Below are positions 26,321 to 33,344 of a stretch of DNA of 33,344 nucleotides, piece by piece; position 1 is the first letter of the stretch, and each line of letters opens with the position of its first letter. The notes beneath the pieces are model-generated. The model ran no database searches. It saw only the letters and a program-made list of their open reading frames with translations, and was not told where the DNA came from. The translations under genes were made by a program, and so were the position numbers. Origin of the DNA: Planctomycetota bacterium (GTDB lineage Bacteria; Planctomycetota; B15-G4; SIAN01); assembly GCA_031409275.1 (NCBI GenBank), contig JANNXA010000002.1:1-33344 (forward strand), written 5' to 3'.

Positions 26321-27592
26321 TCAGGCGCAGACGGCGCACCGACGTGCGCGATTCGCGGCGAGTCGCTCGTCGCGGGCGACACTTGTCGCGGCCGCGAGCC
26401 GATCAGGGACAGCGTTACCCGTTCCGAAGCACATCTCATCGGGTGTTTGGCCGCGGAACGCCGAGTGGGAGAGGCGCGGGTTGTGCTCGGCGACGTAGAA
26501 GGCGACGAGCGACCTGACCGTGGACATCGAGTCGAGCGGATGCAAGCACAGCCATTGGTGCTTCAAGCAGCGCCACCACGCTTCGATCATCGAGTTGGAG
26601 AAACGGATCTCGGTTTGGGCCAGCACGCGCTTCAAGAGCCCGGACGTGATCAACGCATTGACGGCGTCGTTCTTGTTCTCCACGCCGGCGTCGGCGAGCA
26701 CGGTCGGTACGAGGGCGGAGCCGTGGACCACTTGGCCGCCGGCCTCGACGAGGACGGCGACCGCGTTGGCCGGGTCGAAGCGGTCGAGCAGACGCCACGC
26801 GAGGATGCGGCGCGAGAAGTTGTCGATGACGGCGTGCAGGTAGACGCGGCTGTGGTCGAGGAGGCGGATCAAAGTCGTGTCGATATGCCACACGTCATTT
26901 GACCGCGCGGCACGAATGCCGACGCGAGGTTGCGCGGGGTGGACGCGAAGACGCGGCCGACGCCAGCCACGCTGCACAACGAGCCGCAACCAGGTCGTCG
27001 GGGACGCGAACACGACGCCGATGCGCTGCGCGAGCACGGCGAGCCGGCTGGTTGGGACATGGCGATAGTCGGGCGCGGCCACCAGCGCGCCGATCGTCGA
27101 TACCTCGGCCGGTGTCAACCGCTGCGGCGAGGAGTTCGGGCAGGAGGACTGGTCTGCGAGCTGGCAGACGATCGCCGCGTTTCTCCAGGCGTGGAGCCGA
27201 GCGGCGGATAGGCCGAGGAGGGCGAGGACCCGTTGCAGGCCGAGCACGGATCGGGTGCGCTCGATGGCCCGAAGCAGTCGTTCCTTGTCGAGTGCCGGGA
27301 TGCGAAGACGCAAAAGGTCCGGCGCGACGGTGCGCAGCAGGACGAACAGCACGCGCATGACAGCGGTCAGGCGCTGGTTGCGCTTCTCGAGTCGCGCGAC
27401 GCTACAGCGCAACTCGGCGAGGGAGGCGTCTCCGTCCGCGGCCACGGTGATCGAGCGCGGCGCTCGTCGAAGCCAACCTGCCGCCGTGGAGCGGGGCACG
27501 CCGAGCCGGGTCGCGATCGTCGGGTCTCTGGTCTCCTGCACGAGTTGGACGAGACGATGGTCGTAGATCTGCTGGTGGCGCTTGGACTCCAT
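26321..27592 (-). CDS. DDE transposase with rve integrase core (IS3/IS481-like)
   Basis: N-terminal HTH (ATRLGVPRSTAAGW), zipper, WHIDTT...VIDNFSR...LADAG.EN...NSMIEAWW..LK...HN...HSAF.GQTP. Element ends not identified. Confidence 0.9.
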   Translation of the reverse strand: MESKRHQQIYDHRLVQLVQETRDPTIATRLGVPRSTAAGWLRRAPRSITVAADGDASLAELRCSVARLEKRNQRLTAVMRVLFVLLRTVAPDLLRLRIPALDKERLLRAIERTRSVLGLQRVLALLGLSAARLHAWRNAAIVCQLADQSSCPNSSPQRLTPAEVSTIGALVAAPDYRHVPTSRLAVLAQRIGVVFASPTTWLRLVVQRGWRRPRLRVHPAQPRVGIRAARSNDVWHIDTTLIRLLDHSRVYLHAVIDNFSRRILAWRLLDRFDPANAVAVLVEAGGQVVHGSALVPTVLADAGVENKNDAVNALITSGLLKRVLAQTEIRFSNSMIEAWWRCLKHQWLCLHPLDSMSTVRSLVAFYVAEHNPRLSHSAFRGQTPDEMCFGTGNAVPDRLAAATSVARDERLAANRARRCAVCA

Positions 27593-27648
27593 CCCGGCAG
27601 AGTCTGCCACAGTGCCGGCGCGGAGAAGACCGGCCGTGCGCGCCCACC

Positions 27649-29949
27649 TCAGCCGTCCAGCCCGAGCTCCCGCAGCAGTTCCTCTCGCGGTGGCGGGATC
27701 GAGCCCCCCGGGACGACGATGTCGGGCATGGTCCGGATCAGGATCGCGACCCGGCGACGGCCATCCGGCGTCGCGCACGCGGCGCGCGGGGTCAGGTTGC
27801 GCAGGATCGGTACCGGAGTGTCGAGCCAGCGTCGGTTCGCCTCGCGCAGCATCTTCTCGAGCGCGGCCCGCTCATCGGGTTTGAGCGCCGCAACGGTTAC
27901 GGGAGACTTCAGGCGGTCATCGAGCGGCGTTTTGCCACCGGCGACCTCGTGCGTGGTCGACCGCTCGAACCGAACTCCCGGGATGCGCTCGATCCACTGC
28001 CGTGCACGCTTGAGTCGCGCGCGCGAGTTCACCTCGAGCACGAGGCGATCGTCGAGGAGTTCGATCCGTCCGAGGACCGTGTTCTCGCCGAAGCCGGGGG
28101 CCGGACCGCCGAGCCGCAACCACGTAGCGGAGCCTGCCAGCTCGTCGAAGTCGACCTCCTTGCGTGCTCGCAGCGCAGCTTGCAGCGTCCCGACCTCCAT
28201 GACGCGGAAGGTCGCAGTCTGCGGTTCCAGCGGTTCGCCATCCGTGTTGCAGAACGTCGGGACCGTCGGATGGCGCGTCCGCTCGAGGTGTAGCGCCCAA
28301 AGTCGTCCGGTCAGGTGCGCCGAGCGCCGCAGGCCTTCCGGGGTCAGCTCGACGCCGTGCGCTTCGAGGAGATGCATGGCGGCGTTGAACTCCATGGCTT
28401 TCACCGGCGGCCCTGCGACGACGCAGGTGTCCCACTCGCCGAGCCGCACGAGCCGCAGCAGGACGTAGAAGCCTTCGATGTCGCAGCCGGAGAGCGCCCG
28501 GTCATGAATCGTCGCTCGCGTGCCGGTGAGGAGGTCCTCGATCTCGAGCGTCGCGCCAGGCGCGGTCGCCACGATGCGGAAAAAAGAGAACCGCGCGCTG
28601 ATTCGCGCTTCGATGAGGATGCGCTCGAGCGGCGTCGTCTTACGTCGGCGCAGCTTGCGCTCGAAGTAGGTGGGTGATTTCACGGTGGCGCGGTAGTCGG
28701 CGAAGAACCACTCCATGAAGCCCGCCATTGGCAGCAGACGGTGGAGTTCGTTCACCACCTCTTCGCCGATGGCATGGCTACCGAAGAAGCGCGCCAGCGC
28801 GCGCTCGGGCGGCGGCTGCTGGCCGCACACGTCGAGGAGCAGGCGCTCGAGGAAGACCCGATCGGCTTCCTTCCATTCGTGGAGCGTCGTGGGCATCCGT
28901 TCCACCGAACGCTGCTCCTTCGCGGACTCGCGCGCGATCTCCTCGAACTTCGCTTCCAGAGAATCAATGGCGGCGAGTAACGCCGGGGGCTCGGGCTCGA
29001 AGCTGGCGGCGATCCCGAGCCGGTGCAGCGCGTCACGGAGACCGTCCCGCAGGTCCTCCGCCGCGAAAGCGATCTCGCGGGGCAAGCCCAGACGCCGGTC
29101 CGGCGTCTCGCCTCGGAAGAGCTTCTCGAGGGCGGCCGCGGCTTGGGCGACGTCGCCGGACGAGAAGGGTTCGGCTCCGATGACCCGGCCCGAGGCTTCG
29201 TCGACGACGATGAAGAGGACGGCGCTCGGGGCGTCGTCGCCGTCCTCCAGAGAGATGAGTGTCGGTACCCAGGTGGCGAGCCAGCGTTCGTCGAGGCGTG
29301 GTAGGCCGCGGTCGATCGTGCCGAACGCGGCGACCGCCGGAGTCTTCGAGGCTGCCGTCGCGGTCGGCCACGGCACGACATGGCTGCTCACATGGGCGTC
29401 GCGTCCCTCACCTTCGACCACGATCTCGAAGATTCGACGGCGGCGGGCGTCGAGCGGGCGGGGCTGGAAGTCGCCCACGGCGTGGACGGCGAGCACGGCA
29501 TGGACGCTCGCGAGCAGGAGTCGACGTTCTTCCCGATTCGGGAGCCGTCCGCGGCGGTGGGGCGGCTTCACGAACGCCGACGGCGCGAGGCCGTCATGCA
29601 GAACCTGAAACCCGGCGTCGTTGAGCAGGCCGCGCTGGTCGATCGGAATGCCGCTCAAGGGTTCCACGGTGATCGAGAGCATCGAGATGCGATCGACCGC
29701 AGCGGGCGGACGGTCGCCGACTGCGGTGCTCATGGCCAGGGTCTGCGCGAAGGCGTCCTCGCCGCGCGCCAGGAAGAGGCCGTAGTCCGACCCGAGGTGG
29801 CCCATGATCGTCGCGACGAGCGGCGCGTCCTCACCGGGCACTCGGATCAGGAACGATGCGTCGGCTGGGACCTCGCGCCAGAGGCGGCGGCGGTGGAGTT
29901 CGAGCGCCGCGGCAACCAGGTCACGCGCGATGGGATCGAGTTTCGGCAT
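27649..29949 (-). CDS. Large hypothetical protein with C-terminal Xre/MbcA/ParS-like domain
   Basis: 766-aa ORF with high GC at third positions. WLDTPVPILRNLTPRAACATPDGRRRV..L motif near the C-terminus. Confidence 0.8.
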   Translation of the reverse strand: MPKLDPIARDLVAAALELHRRRLWREVPADASFLIRVPGEDAPLVATIMGHLGSDYGLFLARGEDAFAQTLAMSTAVGDRPPAAVDRISMLSITVEPLSGIPIDQRGLLNDAGFQVLHDGLAPSAFVKPPHRRGRLPNREERRLLLASVHAVLAVHAVGDFQPRPLDARRRRIFEIVVEGEGRDAHVSSHVVPWPTATAASKTPAVAAFGTIDRGLPRLDERWLATWVPTLISLEDGDDAPSAVLFIVVDEASGRVIGAEPFSSGDVAQAAAALEKLFRGETPDRRLGLPREIAFAAEDLRDGLRDALHRLGIAASFEPEPPALLAAIDSLEAKFEEIARESAKEQRSVERMPTTLHEWKEADRVFLERLLLDVCGQQPPPERALARFFGSHAIGEEVVNELHRLLPMAGFMEWFFADYRATVKSPTYFERKLRRRKTTPLERILIEARISARFSFFRIVATAPGATLEIEDLLTGTRATIHDRALSGCDIEGFYVLLRLVRLGEWDTCVVAGPPVKAMEFNAAMHLLEAHGVELTPEGLRRSAHLTGRLWALHLERTRHPTVPTFCNTDGEPLEPQTATFRVMEVGTLQAALRARKEVDFDELAGSATWLRLGGPAPGFGENTVLGRIELLDDRLVLEVNSRARLKRARQWIERIPGVRFERSTTHEVAGGKTPLDDRLKSPVTVAALKPDERAALEKMLREANRRWLDTPVPILRNLTPRAACATPDGRRRVAILIRTMPDIVVPGGSIPPPREELLRELGLDG

Positions 29950-29989
29950 GGGCTGAGCAGGTCCTCGATGGCAACGACGGCTGTGGGTG

Positions 29990-30631
29990 CTACGGCGTTC
30001 GCTCAACGTCGCCGCGCGCCTCATCCCAGCGGATCATCCCCTCGCACGGATCGACGATGCGGTCGATGTCGGGCACGAGATTGCGCGTGCGGACGAGAGC
30101 GAACGCCCTGACTTCCGTGTCCGGAAACCTCTCCTTCACGACGTAGCAGGTCGCGAACAGCATTCGACCCGCGGTCACGAAGTCATCGACGATCGTGATC
30201 TGCGTGGGGGCGAAGAGGGCGTCCTCTACCGCGAGGGTCGACAAGTGGTGATCGACCTTCGGCCGATCGACGCCGACGGCGAACGCTGACTTCGGAACGG
30301 CGAGTGTTCGTCGGACGCAAGCGGCGACTTGATTGCCGAAGCCACTCTGGACGAGGGCATCGCAAATCGCCTTCGCCGGCCAGAGCGCGTGCTCGTCAGA
30401 CAGCGGGGCGCTGCGCGGTGCCGGTACGAGGGTGGTGTCCGGTCCGAAGTAGCGAGCGATCAAATCGACGTCGATTCCTCGCAGGTGCTCGATCGCGCGA
30501 GCGAGTGTCGCTGCGTGCCCTTGCTTGACGGCGTCTCGCACCTTGCGCGATCGCGCAGCGACATCGGAGGTCCCAATCCGCGAGTAGGCCAGCAGAGCTG
30601 CGAACGGGACTTCAGAAAGGGACCTCTTCAC
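29990..30631 (-). CDS. Type I phosphoribosyltransferase-fold protein (ComF-like)
   Basis: LVPAPRS loop and PRPP-binding motif ITIVDDFVTAG. Overlaps the 3' end of the DprA-family gene by 20 bp. Confidence 0.88.
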   Translation of the reverse strand: MKRSLSEVPFAALLAYSRIGTSDVAARSRKVRDAVKQGHAATLARAIEHLRGIDVDLIARYFGPDTTLVPAPRSAPLSDEHALWPAKAICDALVQSGFGNQVAACVRRTLAVPKSAFAVGVDRPKVDHHLSTLAVEDALFAPTQITIVDDFVTAGRMLFATCYVVKERFPDTEVRAFALVRTRNLVPDIDRIVDPCEGMIRWDEARGDVERTP

Positions 30632-31313
30632 GGGCGGGCCTCTGCGGGAGGTGGTCGAGGACGGTGTCGAGGTTCTTGCGCGAGAGGACCTGGGCGCCGT
30701 AGCGGATCATCTCGGCCGGCCAAGTGAGCGCGCTGTTCGTCGCGACCGACTCAAGGAGGAAGAGCAGCCGCCCGAGTCGCAGCGCCTCCCATCCTTGGTG
30801 CAGGGTGCCGCTCTTCTCGCCGGCCTCGATGATGATCGTCGCGTCCGTGAGAAGGGCCATCGTCCGGTTGCGGATCGGGAAGTTCTTGATGCCGCCCGGC
30901 GTGCCCGACTTGAACTGCGAGACCGCCAAGTGCTCGCGCATGATCCGCTGCTGGAGGGCGCGGTTCTCGGCCGGGAAGGACTCGTCGAGCGGGGTTCCGA
31001 GGACGGCGAGCGTTCGGCCGCCGCCTTCGATCGCCGTCGCGTGCGCGACGGTGTCGACGCCGGCCGCGAGACCGCTGACGACGACCATGCGGCGTTCGAC
31101 CAGTCGCGCCGCGATCACCTTGGCCCGTCGGAGACCTTCGGACGACGCCGCGCGCGAACCGACGACGGCGATGCGCGGTCCGGCCTCGAAGACGGCGCGG
31201 TCGCCAGCGACGAAGATCCGCGGCGGCGCGTTCTTGCGCTCGACGTCGTTGAGTGTCCCGAGTAGATCCTCGGGCGTTAGCTCGGCGTCGTCGATGTGAA
31301 TCGATTCGTTCAT
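30612..31313 (-). CDS. dprA: DprA/SMF-family protein (Rossmann domain only)
   Basis: IAVVGSR, VVSGLAAGVDTVAH, AVLGT, FPIRNRTMA, IIEAGEKSGT. At 233 aa it lacks the N-terminal SAM-like and C-terminal winged-helix domains. Confidence 0.9.
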   Translation of the reverse strand: MNESIHIDDAELTPEDLLGTLNDVERKNAPPRIFVAGDRAVFEAGPRIAVVGSRAASSEGLRRAKVIAARLVERRMVVVSGLAAGVDTVAHATAIEGGGRTLAVLGTPLDESFPAENRALQQRIMREHLAVSQFKSGTPGGIKNFPIRNRTMALLTDATIIIEAGEKSGTLHQGWEALRLGRLLFLLESVATNSALTWPAEMIRYGAQVLSRKNLDTVLDHLPQRPAREEVPF

Positions 31314-31542
31314 CGCGCCTCGCCTCGCGGCCGTTTTTGGTCGCGGCGAAGTCTACCGGGCGGCCGAGCGCCGCCGTCGGCCCGCTCCGAGGGCACGTAC
31401 TGGACGCGCGGTACGGGAGTCCCCGTCGCGCCGGCCCCGTCGACTGCCAACCTGGAACTGGCGGGGAGCCGTCCTGGCGGCGGCCGACCGACGTCTGGTC
31501 GATGCGCCCGACGCCGGGTTGGGGCGCCTCTCCGAGCGTCGG

Positions 31543-31758
31543 TCACTCCGCCCGAGCGACCGTCCGCCTCTCGATCGCCTTGCAGACCTCGCAGCGCATC
31601 TCGCCGAGCTCCGTGACCGCCCACGCGGCGCGGACGCGGGGCGTAACGCGGCGCCATCGGTCGCGCCACCACGAGTCGGTGACCTGCCGCGGCGCGTGCT
31701 CCTCGCAGCAGATCTCGCCGGTCACGGGCGAATGGAAGAGGGGCGCGGTCGCGAGCAT
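31543..31758 (-). CDS. Small hypothetical Cys/His protein
   Basis: GGAG RBS; CCEEH...CEVC motif; 13 bp downstream of the preceding ORF. Confidence 0.65.
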   Translation of the reverse strand: MLATAPLFHSPVTGEICCEEHAPRQVTDSWWRDRWRRVTPRVRAAWAVTELGEMRCEVCKAIERRTVARAE

Positions 31759-31771
31759 GGGCGGTCTCCGG

Positions 31772-31987
31772 TCAGCGGACATCGACGTACTCGAAGCAGA
31801 GTCGCAGGACCTCGTCGTAGGACGCGGCGCCGTGGGCGCGTCGGGAGAACTCGTCGGCGGCGTCCGGCCTGCCCGCGTCGATCAGTCGTCGTCGCACACG
31901 CCCGATGATCGCGAAGACGTTGCCGTCGGTCCCGACGAGCCGGCAGCGGGGCTTCGCCTTGGTGTCTCGGCGCTCTCGGTCCTGCAT
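31772..31987 (-). CDS. Small protein of a type seen on phage/mobile elements
   Basis: GGAG RBS; KP.C.LVG.DGNVFAIIGRV.R.L..AG....ADEF...A....SYDEVL.L..EYVDV pattern. Confidence 0.8.
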   Translation of the reverse strand: MQDRERRDTKAKPRCRLVGTDGNVFAIIGRVRRRLIDAGRPDAADEFSRRAHGAASYDEVLRLCFEYVDVR

Positions 31988-32061
31988 GGGGGTCTCCGTT
32001 GAGGGCCGACGTGGCGCAGCCCGCAGGAGCGTTCGCCCGTCGGCGATGGTGGGTACCGCAT

Positions 32062-32526
32062 TCATCGAGAAGTGCGCCGCCCCCTCGGCGGCCGCGTTGC
32101 CGGGACTCGGAGAACGGCGAGCAGTGCCCACGCCGCCGCGAGGGCGGCTCGGACGGCGTCAACCTTCGGTCGACCCGCTCCGAGGATCTCGCGAACGAGA
32201 TGGTCCGCCAGCGCGCGCACCTGCTTCGACGGATTGCCAAACCCGTGCGCCGCGCAGGCGGCGATGCCGTGCTCGATGCCGACGTCGAAGTAGGCGGCCT
32301 CGCGGCGCGCCCGGATCTCGTCGGCCGCCCGCTCGTAGCGGAACCAGAGGCGTCGGCGCCGCGGCCCGAGCACCTTGACGATCGCCGTCGCGGTCTCGTC
32401 GGCAACGCGCCGCGCCTGGCGCAGGCCGACGCGCCGTCGGACGGTCCGATCGACGGGGTGCTCGTAGCTCGGCTCGGTCTCGAGGGCGCGGTAGGTGGGG
32501 CGGGGGGTGCTGGTGCGGTGCTTCAT
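32062..32526 (-). CDS. Hypothetical protein
   Basis: GAGGGG RBS; ATG overlaps the upstream stop (ATGA); helical REAAYFDVGIEHG segment. Confidence 0.65.
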   Translation of the reverse strand: MKHRTSTPRPTYRALETEPSYEHPVDRTVRRRVGLRQARRVADETATAIVKVLGPRRRRLWFRYERAADEIRARREAAYFDVGIEHGIAACAAHGFGNPSKQVRALADHLVREILGAGRPKVDAVRAALAAAWALLAVLRVPATRPPRGRRTSR

Positions 32527-32696
32527 CGGGACGCCCCCTCGAAGCGCGATCGCCAGCGCAACTCGGCGGCGTAGTGGTGCATCTGCCGCAGAACGCCGCG
32601 CCACGCCGTGCCGCCCGCGTAGCCGTCCCGCCGGAGGCCGCGGGCGATCGTGTTCAGCGTCGTCAGCGAGAGCGCGTCCCTGGTCGCGGGCGTCAT
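32523..32696 (-). CDS. 57-aa hypothetical protein (not in the ORF track)
   Basis: MTPATRDALSLTTLNTIARGLRRDGYAGGTAWRGVLRQMHHYAAELRWRSRFEGASR*, with ATGA overlaps with both neighbours. Confidence 0.6.
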   Translation of the reverse strand: MTPATRDALSLTTLNTIARGLRRDGYAGGTAWRGVLRQMHHYAAELRWRSRFEGASR

Positions 32697-32887
32697 CGCG
32701 GCCGTCCGGTGGCGAACCGCGCGCCTTCCAAGAACGCCTCGGCGTACAGGTCGACGGCGGTCATCCCGTCGAGCACCGCATCCGGCGACAAGCGGTCATG
32801 TGCCCGGTCGTCGGCCTCGGCGCGGATCTCGTCGACCGTCGGGTCGACCTTCTCGGCGCTGGCCGCCGAGCCGTTCTTGGTCGTCAT
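32693..32887 (-). CDS. Small hypothetical protein
   Basis: GGGAGG RBS before ATG 32887; stop overlaps the next ATG. Confidence 0.65.
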   Translation of the reverse strand: MTTKNGSAASAEKVDPTVDEIRAEADDRAHDRLSPDAVLDGMTAVDLYAEAFLEGARFATGRPR

Positions 32888-33056
32888 CGCGTCCTCCCTC
32901 GCGCGACCATCCGCGCGTGAGGGACATGCAGGAGCGGGGTGCAAACGAATGCAAGGCGGTGACACGAATCCGCGCACTCTCGTTCCAGCGCCGTCGTCGA
33001 GGAACGGCGGGACCGTGATGTCGCCGACCCCGACCGGGCCGGCTTCGGGCGGCGCG

Positions 33057-33344
33057 TCAGAGCGCACACAGGGCGTCGGGCGCGGGCTCCAGCGCCGGCT
33101 CCGCGACCTCCGGAAGCGTCCACACCGCCTCGAGGTCCGCCCAGGTCAGCGCACGGGCGCCCACGGGGAGTGCGTCGGTGACGACCTCCCCGGGGACGTT
33201 CGCAAGCTCACCATCCGCAGCAACTGCCCCCGCTACCACGTTGGTCACCTTCGCTGACGCGAAGGTTCCGGCCACGTTGGTCACCTTCGCGGCCCGAATC
33301 GTCAGGTGCCGCACCGTCGCGCGGCGCATCGCCCGCCTCCAGCC
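33057..33344 (-). CDS. Possible 3' end of a gene entering from the right edge
   Basis: Open frame to the window edge; contains an AKVTNV duplication. No recognisable family. Confidence 0.35.
   Translation of the reverse strand, partial: GWRRAMRRATVRHLTIRAAKVTNVAGTFASAKVTNVVAGAVAADGELANVPGEVVTDALPVGARALTWADLEAVWTLPEVAEPALEPAPDALCAL
33236..33290. repeat. 19-bp direct repeat (period 36) with nested hairpin
   Basis: CCACGTTGGTCACCTTCGC at 33236-33254 and 33272-33290; ACCTTCGC-tgac-GCGAAGGT at 33247-33266. Confidence 0.7.

Noticed and set aside
26093..27648. Terminal inverted repeats for the 26321-27592 transposase
   Set aside because: I could not find a convincing pair or a target duplication by eye, so element boundaries are not called.
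29990..31313. Natural-competence dprA/comF locus
   Set aside because: The DprA lacks its accessory domains, the PRTase lacks the ComF zinc-finger region, and the context is mobile/defence rather than competence.

Overview
GC-rich accessory/defence-island-like region; a Planctomycetota-like origin is an inference from gene families only. Left to right: (1) a probable IS4-family (IS50-group) end at 1-140 interrupting an attC site, followed by three integron gene cassettes, each closed by a 99-bp attC site, with no integron integrase in the window; (2) a degenerate IS-derived mini-element, one of three related copies (2444-2829, about 18478-18645, 24504-25009), truncating a Gly-rich repeat gene; (3) a four-gene operon: SNF2 helicase, type III R-M Mod, Res and a roughly 1740-aa exonuclease/RecQ/UvrD double-helicase fusion; (4) a mosaic of candidate defence genes (coiled-coil protein with RelE-like C-terminus, HEPN-like protein, XRE regulator divergent from a stand-alone HsdR-N-type nuclease); (5) exported Gly-rich repeat and tail-collar proteins and an rve/DDE transposase; (6) a minus-strand run of small coupled ORFs leading into a DprA-PRTase pair (ShosTA-like, but without the extra ShosT domain) and a 766-aa protein with an Xre/MbcA/ParS-like C-terminus. 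No rRNA, tRNA or CRISPR array was seen. All family calls come from motif recognition by eye, not from database searches.
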